This document shows positions 52,693 to 64,000 of a stretch of 64,000 bases of DNA, in pieces. The notes beneath the pieces were generated by a model. That model was not told the origin of the DNA. It did no database searches and saw only the letters and a program-made list of their open reading frames with translations. Origin of the DNA: Tubulanus polymorphus (taxonomy: Eukaryota; Animalia; Nemertea). The stretch lies in NCBI RefSeq assembly GCF_964204645.1, contig NC_134030.1:13820656-13884655 (forward strand), written 5' to 3'. Position 1 is the stretch's first letter. Every line of letters starts with the position of its first letter. Made by a program: the position numbers and the translations under genes.

Positions 52693-52899
52693 GGGTGATT
52701 GCCACATGGGTTGTGACACCCCTGGCAAGTGAAGATGTCTCGCAACCAGTCTAGCGCAGTTTGACAGTCAACTAGACTGGTCGTCTGTCCAATTCTGCGC
52801 CACCTGCATTCTAACTGAACAAACCGCTCACACAAATACTCTTCTGGTATAGTCACGTCTCCGCTTTCTGACCATTTTCTTACTTTCACCTGCAATACG

Positions 52900-55350
52900 A
52901 CTATAACAGAAGCACCAAACAGTAAATTCTCTTTTTCCAACAACTTCTTAGATAAATCTGCCATCAAAAAGATTCACGACAACATTTTAGACTCAAATAT
53001 CCTTACCTCGTTCGATGAGTCTCTAACAGTAAACACTAACTTTGACAATTTCTCCTCAGAAATTTACCGTCAAATTTCCAATGCATCATCCAGCCAAAAA
53101 AAAAAATTCACAAATTTAGAATGGCAAAAAAACCGTGGATAACCAGGGGTATCATACAATCTATATATAATCGTGATAAGAAATATAAACATCTACTCTC
53201 CCTAACAAATGAAATTGCCTATAAAGTCGAACTCTTTCTCTTTAAGAAATATCGCAACGTACTTAATGAGATAAGAAAACTTTCGAAGAAACTTCACTTT
53301 CAAAAAGCACTATCTCTTTCAAATGGGAATATTAAAAAAACCTGGAACATTCTCAAAACTATCATCGGTAAAACTAACAATAAGTCTGACATTATCCACA
53401 CCTTCAACATTAACAATGAAGAAACCTCGGACCCTTTTAATCGCTAACTCATTCAACAAACAGTACAACAACATAGGGCCAAATCCTGCCAGAAAATTAC
53501 CTACTCCAACGCAGTCATACATTGACTATCTAAATCGTACACCTAGGCACATTACTAATTTTTTTCTCACGCCAGTCACAGAATTGGAAGTTATTCGCAT
53601 GGTAAACAGTCTTAAATCGAAACACAGTTACGGCGATGACTCGCTATCCACATTTCTGCTACAACAAATTATCTTACTAATTTCTTCCCCGCTAACTAAT
53701 CTTATTAACCAATAATTTAAATTAGGTATATTTCCTAACTCTCTCAAAATATCAAAAATAATTCCACTTCACAAAACAGGAGATAAATTGAGCTTAGAAA
53801 ACTATAGACCAATATCTTTATTAAACTCTCTGTCAAAGGTTTGTGAAAAGCTCATGCATAATAGATTAATTAGCTACTTATACAACAAGCTTTCCTCATC
53901 TCGATATGGTTTCCGAAAGGGCCACTCAACTGAACATGTCATTATGGAATTAACTGAGCGTATATCCACAGCTATCACCAACAAATACTGGTCAATTGGA
54001 ATCTTTCTTGATCCTTCTAAAGCTTTTGACACGCTCAACCATGATATTCTTATTCATAAGCTTCAGCACTACGGTATACGAGGAACTGCTCTTAATTGGT
54101 TGTCCTCCTTTTTATCAAACAGACACCAATATGTTTCTTTTCAATCTGTTAAATCATCTGTTCTTGAGATTTCTTGTGGAATACCTCAAGGTTCTATCCT
54201 CGGGCCATTATTATTCCTCGTCTATATCAATGACTTGTACATTTCAACACCTAACTTAGACTTAGTTCTTTTCGCGGACGACACTACAGGGTTGGCGTAT
54301 GACAGGGACATAAATTCTCTTCTAACAAAAGTTAATAAGGATTAAAACTCTCTTCACGATTGGTTTCTTGCTAATATACTATCTCTCAACATGGAAAAAA
54401 CCAAATTTATCCTATTCCACTCTAGTCAACGTAAGCCTTTCATTAGTAATGCATTGAGAAATCCCCCAAAACTCTTTATTAAAGGTAAAGAGATAAGTAG
54501 AGTAGATCACATTAATTTTTTAGGCATTATTTTACAAGAAAACCTTAACTGGAAACCCCACATACGAATTTCACAAGGCCTGGGTATCATCTATAAATGC
54601 AGTCAAATTCTAAATCAAAATCACCTCATCCTCATCTACAATGCACTTGTCCTTCCTCACTTAAACTATGGTATATTATCATGTATATTATCATGGGGTC
54701 ACTCACCACACTACGCAAAAATGTCCTTTACTTCAAAAACAAATAACTCGAATTATTACTAAGTCTAACTTTACTGCCCACTCTGAACCACTCTTCAAAC
54801 AACTTAATCTTCTCAAAATAAATGATCTCTACACACTTAAAGCCACTCTTTTCATCTATGACACACTCAAAAACAACGCTCCGAAACACTTCAAAAGCTT
54901 TTTTACTGCAGATCTTCTCTCAACAAATTATCTAATCATTAAAAGCATTCACCTCCACCACAACTATTCTTCACTTACAAACCCGCATTTTAAAGAAACA
55001 AAATCTCCGAAAGAATATCTTGCTAATATATGGAGAACATTACCAATTAGTAACGTTATCGACCTTCTAAGTAAATCATCCGTTAAATGTATGTTAAAAA
55101 CCTATCTCATCTCCACTTATAGTAACATAACTGTTTGCAATAATATTAACTGCTATAACTGTTATTTAAGATTATTGAATCCCCAAACTGTATAATTAAT
55201 AATCAATCACATAATATCTACGCATCCACATTCTGCTGAGTCATTTTGTTAATCGTATTTGTATAATTTGTGTATATTTTTGTTACGGTACTTTGTTTGA
55301 TTTTTTTGTATGGGTGCGTTAAGAGGCCTTTCTGGCTTTGCTAGGCCTGT
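52900..55350 (+). pseudogene. CR1/L2-group (Crack-like) LINE ORF2 reverse transcriptase, 5'-truncated and decayed
   Basis: KPWITRGI, NYRPISLLNSLSKVCEK, FLDPSKAFD, GIPQGSILGPLLFLVYIND, LFADDT, FLGIIL. Confidence 0.9.
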
Positions 55351-55382
55351 GTAGATTGTATATATCAGTGTTTACATATTGT

Positions 55383-55575
55383 CATCTTCACCCGTCAAGG
55401 GATTCGAACCCACTACGCTAAAGCTGTTCACCGAACCCCTTGACCTCACAAGTCGTTGGAGTCGTTACTAGCCGACCAGAATCCGGTCGTACCAATCACA
55501 GCGCCTGTAACAACATTAGGCTTCTGTTGGTTTTCCTGTTAAATGGACCAATCAGCGAACGTTTTACTGAACAAG
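55383..55575 (-). repeat. Right copy of the ~195-bp inverted repeat
   Basis: catcttcacccgtcaagggattcgaaccc...cgttttactgaacaag. Confidence 0.85.
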
Positions 55576-56350
55576 TGTAGCGGCACGGGGTCGACAGTAT
55601 ATACGGCATTAAATCTTGGTAGCGAGAGCAGGTAAGTCCAGAATAGGTCCGCTACAGGTGGGTACGCCTAGGTCGATTCTGCCCCTGGAGAGGAAAGAAT
55701 AAGGGGTCAATGACCGCCCTAGGACAATCGTCGAAAAATACTATGCGATTTGCTAACTCGTGAGATTCGATTCGGTTTCCCCGCCTAAATATAACTCTGA
55801 CCAGTACAGTCGGTCGAATTTCTCAAGAACCACAGCCGGAAGTCACCACTTTCGTTACGTCGGCCATTCGTAATCGAATCGACTCCGACCGTAAATTCGA
55901 GAGAAACTAAAAATAGGCGATCGGTTTCTTCGACTATAAAATTCAAGTGCAGTCTGAATTTTATTCCGGTTTCAATATAAGCTCTACCGAATCCCACTGA
56001 ATCTCGCGACAGTTATAGGCAAATAAGGCAATCGCATTACTAGAATATCATGCTCGAATAATTATATATACTCCGAAAAATCGAACGCATAATCAAAAGA
56101 AGTAACAATTCATAGTTAAAAATGACATGTATGAATATTTATTGATTTATTCAGGTCGAGAGTCGTGGCGAAATGAACGGGCTATTTGGATTTGACTAGG
56201 CCTCGGACCTCCGAGCGATCTCGGGTCGAGAGGCGGCAAGGGCGAGTATCCGACTTCGAGAGAAACTCGCGAGACAACGCAGATTACCCGGGTCAGGATT
56301 CGAGAGAATTCGCTCGAAGCTCAGACGATGAAAGTCTTATATAATGGAAG
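55576..56350 (-). mobile_element. Possible LTR fragment (CpG-rich)
   Basis: Starts abruptly with TGTAGCGG, truncating the inverted repeat. Minus-strand TATATAAG at ~56340 and AATAAA at ~55960 and ~56140. Confidence 0.4.
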
Positions 56351-56369
56351 GTGAAAAAATGAAAAAACA

Positions 56370-57365
56370 GAAGGTTTCATCGCAAATCCGCAGTGCACGG
56401 AGAAAGAGGCCTTGAGCGAGACCGATTTTGATTGATTTGGCAGTAAACGAAAAGAAGTGATGGTATGCCTCGGCGTTGATAGGTTTACGGTAGACTGAGA
56501 AAATCAAATGAGAAAATTTATTGTGAATTAGAACATCTAAAAACGGAATTTGGTCATTTTGTTCCCATTCAAAAGTGAATTTCAAAGATGGATATTGGGA
56601 GTTGATCCTTCCTTTTGACCATATATCCAACTCTCTTAGAAAATTGGCTTACCCTGATCACATTTTGAAAATCGCTATTTCTAAGGCTAAACGTACTTTC
56701 TTCAATTCTAAACCTCCAGAAAATAAAAAACACATTTCAGAGTTCATTGTAGATCCGTATGTACCTGTTTTGGAAAAGTTTCGTCACTCTCTCCCTTTAT
56801 TGGATAAACAAATCATTTTCACGTATGAAAACAAAATTAGTAAGACTTTGGTTAAAAACAATCAATCTATACCTTTGGACTGCGGAGTTTACAAAATTCC
56901 TCGTTTTGGCTGTGATAAAATTTACTTTGGAGAAACTGGTCGTGATTTAAAAACTCGAATTTCGGAACACAAAAAGGATATAATAAATCAAAAACCGGCT
57001 AGTGGCGTAGCCAATCACGTTTGGAACACTGGTCATCGTTTTAATTTTGATTAAGCCGAAATTATTTATACTTCCAGCAATTACACTAAACGCCACATAG
57101 TTGAGTCTGCCCTAATTACTCGTCACTCAGATATTAGTACCAATTTAAATAATGGCTTTTCTCCGCATAATTCCCTTCTTTCTAAGTATATTACTTCATG
57201 CCTTGCCAAACACTAATTATTTACTCACTCACCAATTTACTCAATTAAACTGTCCTCCTCTGTATATATACCCCTGTTTTTAGTCTATTTCTCACACCTG
57301 ACGATGATCTCTAGGGTGAGATCGAAACGTCGTGTCTTTTAAATATTTTAGATTTAATAAATAAA
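56370..57365 (+). mobile_element. Penelope-like element 3' end with inverted 5' segment
   Basis: Minus 56370-56600: KFTFEWEQNDQIPFLDV..VYRKP..RALRICD. Plus 56610-57210: LAYP..GVYKIP..IYFGETGRDLKTRISEH (GIY-YIG). TATA, hammerhead and AATAAA in the 3' part. Confidence 0.85.
57294..57335 (+). ncRNA. Minimal type I hammerhead ribozyme
   Basis: ACAC-CTGACGA-T-GATCTC(tagggt)GAGATC-GAAA-CG-TC-GTGT; predicted cleavage after C57331. Confidence 0.85.
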
Positions 57366-58149
57366 TTCTTGTTTTTAAATTCTTTTAATCTGTAAATAGT
57401 GGGATTTTATCTTATTAGACTGCATACTGCTTAGAACACAAAACAATGGTATTCGGAATATATCTGAAATTGAAATTCCCTGACTTTTCCCTGATTCTAC
57501 GTTATACCCAGAAATTTGGTCAAAGCCTGAAAAGAACTTCCCTATAAAAACATGATTTCTGTCTACCGGGCAGAGGAATAAAGACGTTAACTGCTGAGGC
57601 CTCATGTTCAAAAATTCAAATAATACTACTACCTTTTTCTTTGTCTGTTCTTTGGACTTTATCTGGTTTTCGGGCTTTATTTACTTTTTGAACTTTATCT
57701 GGTTTTTGCACTTTTTCAATAGGCTTCTTTATCTTCGCTTTTTCTTTGGGTGTGCTGGTCGAAATTTCTGCAAATCAAATTCAAAATGGTTTATTTCATC
57801 AAGAGGTTCTATCACATCTGAAAACAGGGCATTGCTATGCTAGTTCACTGCAATCATCTCATACAGGGGTGCTGAAGAAAGTGAATTTCACTAGCATTAA
57901 ATACATACTTGTTTTTGATCCATGTGCACTGGTATCTACAGGCTGAATCAGCTTACTTCTTTGTTTCATAAACTTGCTGACAATCTGTGACCCTAAAATG
58001 TGTCAATTTATGAATATAAAATTGCAGTACCATAAACAGAAGTTACTCGAAAAAAGTTTTAACACTGAACTTCAACTGCTTGAAGATTGAATTTACCAGT
58101 TTCACATGTCATTATTATGGTACATTTTATTAGAAATAATTAAACTTAC

Positions 58150-58729
58150 CGACACCATCACTGTCATCACCACTACTACAAAGTTCATCATCAACGTCAT
58201 TTTCTGCCGCAGAATTACTGGTAACAGTAGATATAGGACTAAAAGGACTCAAAGAGCTATCATCATCCTCATCATCATCATCATCATCGTTGATATCATT
58301 ATCAGACACGGAACTGGTTTCATCTTCATCTGATGATGCACTAACACTGGCTGGCTCAGTCTCAATCTCTTCTGGCTCCAAAACGTACTGAGACTGTACC
58401 TGTGAGGTCTCCAGCATTACCCTAGGCCTAATATTCGGTCTATAGCCTAATATTTCATCTAATTCTTCGTAATAATCCATTGTTATTCTCCCTCTCCCAG
58501 ATCTTGAGTTGTTGTCTTTAATTTTTTTGAATTCCGCCTTCAGTCGTTTCATACGGCTTTTTATCTGTGTTGCCGTTTTCGCTATTCCGTATATCAATAG
58601 TTCAGTAGATATCTTTTTGTAAACGAGCGAATCCTTTTTCGTTCCGTCGAATTGTGATTGGATATCTTCGCGCTTCCAAATCGCTATTAGCGCCTTGTTT
58701 TCTCTACTTGACCACTTAGTCATTTTCAT
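58150..58729 (-). CDS. Myb/SANT-like (trihelix, Myb_DNA-bind_4-type) protein of a PIF/Harbinger element, exon 1
   Basis: KWSSRENKALIAIW...VYKKIS..L...TATQIKSRMKRLKAEFKKIKDNNSRSG...YYEELDEILG, then an acidic tract. Donor G|gtaagt at 58149; further small exon-like pieces down to ~57600. Confidence 0.85.
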
Positions 58730-58879
58730 TAACTTCTAAATAATACTTCGTAAACAAAAAATACCGGTAACTAAAATGTCAATGAAGTCCGCTGAGTGGA
58801 ATAATACCGTGGTGATTGAAGCGTTGTCATGTTCGTTGTTCGTAAAGCCCGGAAATAAAGCGGAAGCTAAGAACGGTGC

Positions 58880-59102
58880 TGCCATCTGTTAAGGAACTCA
58901 ACGGAGCCGCCTTTTCGTGATCGTGCGTCTACACGGATGAAAAAGCCGGCTTTTTTAAAAGCGGCTCCGTTGGGGCCTACTCGCGAGTAGGCCTAAACGG
59001 AGCCGCCTTTTTAAAAGGCGGCTCCGATAAAGGCGGCTTTTTGGGAATTTTCTCCTCGTGTAGACTGAAAATAAAGGATTTTTCCTCTCGTGTAGATGGG
59101 CC
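58880..59102 (-). mobile_element. PIF/Harbinger terminal inverted repeat with palindromic subterminal region
   Basis: Minus strand TAA|GGCCCATCTACACGAG. Palindromes ggagccgcctttttaaaaggcggctcc and ggcctactcgcgagtaggcc. Confidence 0.7.
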
Positions 59103-59864
59103 TTAAAAGTCGCTTGCCAAATAAAAAGGGCGATGATTTCGGCTCAGAAACTCGGAATTTACCTAAAAGTCGCTTGCGAAATTAAAAGGGCTATGATTTC
59201 GGCTCAGAAACTAGGAATTTACTTTAAGTCGCTTGTGAAATTAAAAGGGCGATGATTTCAGCTCAGAAACTCGGAATTTACCTAAAAGTCGTTTGCGAAA
59301 TTAAAAGGGCGATGATTTCGGCTCAGAAACTCGGAATTTACTTAAAAATTCGCTTGCGAAATTAAAAGGGCGATGATTTCGGCTCAGAAACTAGGAATTT
59401 ACTTAAAAATTCGCTTGCGAAATTAAAAGGGCGATGATTTCGGCTCGGAAACTAGGAATTTACTTAAAAATTCGCTTGCGAAATTAAAAGGGCGATGATT
59501 TCGGCTCAGAAACTAGGAATTTACTTAAAAAGTCACTTGCGAAATTAAAAAAAGATGATTTAAGCTCAGAAACTCAGAATTTACCTAAATCACTTGTGAA
59601 ATGCGATGATTTCACTTCAGAAATGTAGCGGTGTGACATCGCTCTCTTGAAAAGAATCCATTGTTGTTCTGGTGAGTTGTGTGTGATCCCGGTTGTCACT
59701 GCGAAATTAAAAGGGCGATGATTTCAGCTCAGAAACTCGGAATTTACCTAAAAGTCACCTGCAAAATTAAAAGGGCGGCGATTTCGGCTCAGAAACTAGG
59801 AATTTACCTAAGAGTCGCTTGTGAAATAAAAAAAAGATGATTTCAGCTCAAACTCGGAATTTAC
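59103..59864 (+). repeat. ~60-bp tandem satellite, about 11 units, interrupted at ~59624-59693
   Basis: Unit aagtcgcttgcgaaattaaaagggcgatgatttcggctcagaaactcggaatttacctaa. Confidence 0.95.
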
Positions 59865-62211
59865 GTATCACAATATCACATGAATACTGACGGTCAAAAA
59901 TTTTTTTCCTTTTTTTTCTTTCCTGTTTCGACCATTTCTTTCTGGCTGTAAATCGATGATACATGTCAACAGTCGTTAATCTAGTTGTGAGAAAGTATTG
60001 GAAAAAATAAACCCGAAATATTTCAGTGTTTTTAATCATTTCTTGTAGATATGGATTTAATTCCGTTTACAGAAATTAAATGGATTCTTAGTTTTTTGAA
60101 AAGGCTGGAAATCGGAATTTTTCCAAGTCGAAGATTTGTCTTGGTCCCAAAAGATTCGACTTACGCAAGACTTTAGACTTCAAATAAACCGTAGAAATCA
60201 CTTTTCGATTTTAAAACTAGTTATTCTTAGCTCAGGAACTCGGAAGAAACCCCATTTCATCTCTCTTTACAGATTCGGATTCGGCGCGGAAAATTATTTC
60301 GAAAAATGTGTTTTGGCTACCCCACTAAACAACGAGTCAATATGTTTAATGGATGACTGAATTTTTGAATTTTGATGCTATGTATGTTGCGCTCATCTTA
60401 ATCACTATTCTAAACATAAGGCTAAGTAACATCACGATGTGAATGCATTACATGTCATGCTATGATTGAAACAATACAAATAAATTCATGCTTCAAAATA
60501 ATTCGTATTGGGGCCTTCCTCGAGTACTTCAGTAATTATCATTAAATGATATGATAGATTGTAAAACAATGTATGTGTAGGGCTACAGGTCATCCATATA
60601 TTGGGCTCTTTATCGAAAATCTGGTCTGCAGCAGCGATGGGGCCTCGAGATATTGCATTAGAAGCCTTGGCAGTACATGGGAATCGATCTGCAGTCTGGG
60701 CCGACCACAACTCGATAATTTTCCTTCTATATATTTCAGATATTCGCCCAACAGTGTTGTTTTCCGGTCAAAGCTATACATGCATTAACTATTCAACTAA
60801 GATGTTGAACTAAAACCCAATACGGGAACGTAAGCTTCTTAAAGGAAATTATTGTCGGGGAATTTTACATATGTAGGCCCTAGTAGTAGGGACTCAAGTA
60901 TGCCGCATCTAATCGATCCAGTTTTTCAGCAATGGAAACACAACAGCATGGTCATATTTGAAAATATCTTTACTGACATAATAATATGCACAAAATCTGT
61001 AGAGATATGATCAACATTTGATGACAACAACATAAATACATATTATAAATTTGAAGGCAAGTACGTATACGCAAAGAGGAGGGGGTAAATGAATTGCGTA
61101 CAGTGTGTACAAGGGGTCTGATTTTACTGATAAAAATACGTACGTAATAATTGGACGCCCCCTAACAGCACAAAATTAATGTTTTACACAAGGGTCATTT
61201 TAAACTATGTACGATATACATGTACCTGAGGTTGATAGAAATTCCTCAAATCGAAAATAACTGAATCTACATAGGGGAATCAATATATTCCTGATAGACA
61301 AATGGCCATTTAACATCATTATCAATACATAACATGACACAAACCTGAGAACCTATATGGGAGTAAAAACCAATCAAGTTTTCATAAAAACTAACTAATA
61401 CGTAGCAATATTTTCAAATATTCAACTCCCCTGGTGTAGAGTATATTCATTAGTCACAGATTTCTACAGGTATATAACATATGACAGTGATAATGATTAT
61501 TGAATATGAAGAAAATCATACATTGGATATTATGGCAGCAATTTTAGACAGTTGGTTAAACACCAATTTTAACCTCTTACCTGCTAATACACCAGTGTTA
61601 AGGGAAGCAGGTTGGCAGGCTGTATGGTGCCATATGGTGCTGTATGGCTGTCATATCGGACATATCATCTAGCTGATAGATCACCATTTTCAATATCACC
61701 TCTTACCTGTTCCAACTCATACACAAATCTTCATGAAGATTTATTAAGACTTACCGGCTGTAGAGTGCTAACAAACCTACAGGAGGGTTGTGTAGGAGGG
61801 TTAGAGATTATTACAACATTGAACATTTGAAAGTTCAGATGAGAAACTTCTTTCGCAAGTTATTTCGTACCAACGGAGGCATGTGTCATACTTGAGCAAA
61901 AATGGACTTCGGTAAAGCAAAAGTCCATAAAAATTATACGATGCCCCTAGGAAAGGCATCAAGACAACACATCAAAGTGTAATGAAAACGTTAAAAAGAA
62001 ACCTGATTCCATCTATGAACACTCATAATCCTCAAATGGACATAAATGTTTGAATATTCAATACAAGTTCATACCTGCAAATGCAAATCAATTATACAAA
62101 TTCACACATGGAATCAAAATTAGAAGTTGCGTTGGCAGAACCATAGAAGAGAATCTTCAATGACATAACAAAAAAGACAATATTCTTTTTTTCACAGTAC
62201 ATTTTTAAATG

Positions 62212-62720
62212 AGGGGTCCAGGAACACTATGCCTACTCGGAAAGTGGTATGAAATGCCCAAAAATCGGACAATTTCTATATTCTATGCCCCTTATACAGA
62301 ACCCAATGAACTTTGGAATTTACCACTAGAACTTGTCATGAGCTACAATTTTGCAATTATTGTAACAAAATAAGCCCAGATATCAACGTAACATGAAGAT
62401 ACTACGTTATTTGGCTATTCAGCGCTCCCTGGTGACAATATACATAACCCAATGACCTTGAACCCCACCCAAATTTTAGAACAGGTCATGAGCTACAATT
62501 GATTGCGGTTACTAAATTCTAAACGGATAGGTACCTTACGAATGAGTATTCATCACACTAAGATGGCCACCAGCTGCAAAACATTTGACTGATCAAAATA
62601 TGTGTCTGATATGTTAAAGATCCCTTCCCTTATAATACCAATCACAAATTTCAACGAAAAATGGCAAATAATTAGGAAGCTACAGGTCTTGCACATTCAA
62701 GCCAAAAATAACCTTTTTCT
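62212..62720 (-). mobile_element. Old, diverged HINE-family copy
   Basis: aggggtccaggaacactatgccta..., gtcatgagctacaa and ccctggtgac motifs match 791-1790. Confidence 0.7.
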
Positions 62721-62810
62721 CATTATTGCATGAATACACTTATCTATATATTTCAAAAGCAATTGATGGATTTGTGTTGATTTGTTGTTGTCCAGCAAAC
62801 TGCAATCTGC

Positions 62811-63971
62811 TTGTTCATCATAGCTGTACGCTGTGTCAGGGATAGGCCAACAAGAAATGGAAAGACAATAAACCTATCGCAACTCCGAAAAACGCACGTA
62901 AGAAAAAGGACAAAACATCGAGGGAGAAGCGTCCGGTGTCGGGGATATCAATGTATATCGATATATATTAATATTACACCGGACTCAATCATTGAAAACA
63001 CAATAGCGCTCAATGAAACTACTCGATCGGAAACACCGAAAAGCATCATGAAAACCGATGATCGTGAAAAATCTCAAAAGATCCTGCGTTTTGAGGATGA
63101 AATATTTGTAGAAGAAAGCATTGAAGAAGTTTTGACGTCGTTGTATTTAGAAGCTGTGAGAGAAGTCGAGAGCCCGGTTGCGACATCCACACCCGAATTA
63201 AAAGCAGAAAAAGCCGAAAACACAAAAGAAATAGTTGCTGATACACAATCTCCATGTAGATCTCTTGAAAGTGATGTGCTTGATTTCATAGCATCCATCG
63301 ACCGCTGTACTATTTAGGATATCGTTTCTAAGATGGCCAGACTTCAAATTACCGAAGAAAATTGGCGACAGCAAGCCAGAATCGATAGCAAACTCATTTA
63401 ATCTACAAGTATAGAAGAACATGAAGATACTCTTTCTCAAATATTGGCTAGATTACAGGAAAAATGTAAAGAGATCAACATAACTGGACCCAAAGTGAGT
63501 CGGTGTGACAAAGTGTGTCATTTCCTGATTGAATCATTCAGGCACAATATTCCACCAATAGAGATGTCGGGTACACTCAAAACAATACCAGACCATATGG
63601 ATGCCAAGTTTGTGAGGCGGAGAAAGAACTTCAGCAAGACGGGTGAAACATTACGTCATGAATACCATCATCAGAGAGAACAGTCTTAAAAGTTTGGGTG
63701 GATGGTGCGATGACGCTGTAAGTGAATTAAACATCATGAATTACTTTGTTTTGAATACATTTTCAAAATATGAAACATTTCTGAAAAAAATATAGATTCA
63801 TATAATATTCTATTTCATAACTTCAAATTCAAGGTAATTATATTTTTTCAGATCATACATGCTTACCTGGGCTTGCTCTCCAAATTGTCTGCTGTTCAAA
63901 TATACGTCATACCATCGTTCGTGCATAACAAATGGCTGAACGATAATTTCAATGAATGGTTATACGAAAAA
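62811..63971 (+). pseudogene. Intron-containing Ulp1/SENP-like (C48) protease pseudogene, probably transposon-borne; continues beyond the window
   Basis: IIRENSLKSLGGWCDDA|gtaagt (63718) ... ttttttcag|IIHAYLGLLSKLSAVQIYVIPSF...WLYEK|gtaagt (exon 63852-63971) matches the C48 WLNDE|IINFY..LL pattern. The long upstream frame has 2 stops and a frameshift. Confidence 0.65.
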
Positions 63972-64000
63972 GTAAGTATTCAAAATTTGCTCGATTACAT

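Noticed and set aside
59103-59864. Regular repeat array resembling a CRISPR
   Set aside because: Units are contiguous with no unique spacers, there are no cas genes, and the context is eukaryotic.

Overview
AT-rich, intron-containing animal (metazoan, probably invertebrate) genomic DNA made up almost entirely of nested transposable elements. No prokaryotic features (rRNA, CRISPR, operons) are seen. Main contents: (1) a Helentron-associated (HINE/Pearl/DINE-1-like) repeat family with ~154-bp core tandem repeats. (2) A minus-strand Ty3/gypsy element with a gag zinc-knuckle remnant, a -1 frameshift signal, a near-intact PR-RT-RH-IN-chromodomain pol and a disrupted F-type (errantivirus/baculovirus-F-like) env. 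(3) A decayed piggyBac transposase. (4) A three-tier nest Penelope > Kolobok > TA-MITE. (5) A LINE ORF1. (6) A second, 5'-truncated Ty3/gypsy element with a coiled-coil + SGNH-hydrolase ORF in the env position, preceded by a splice acceptor and enclosed in long inverted repeats. (7) Penelope-like elements carrying hammerhead ribozymes. (8) hAT, BEL/Pao, CR1/L2-type, Harbinger and Ulp1-protease fragments, MITEs and a 60-bp satellite. The best novelty candidates are the SGNH-bearing LTR element and the env+chromodomain element with tandem RVxF motifs and an LYPDL-ended Env tail. All family assignments come from motif recognition by eye; no database searches were run.
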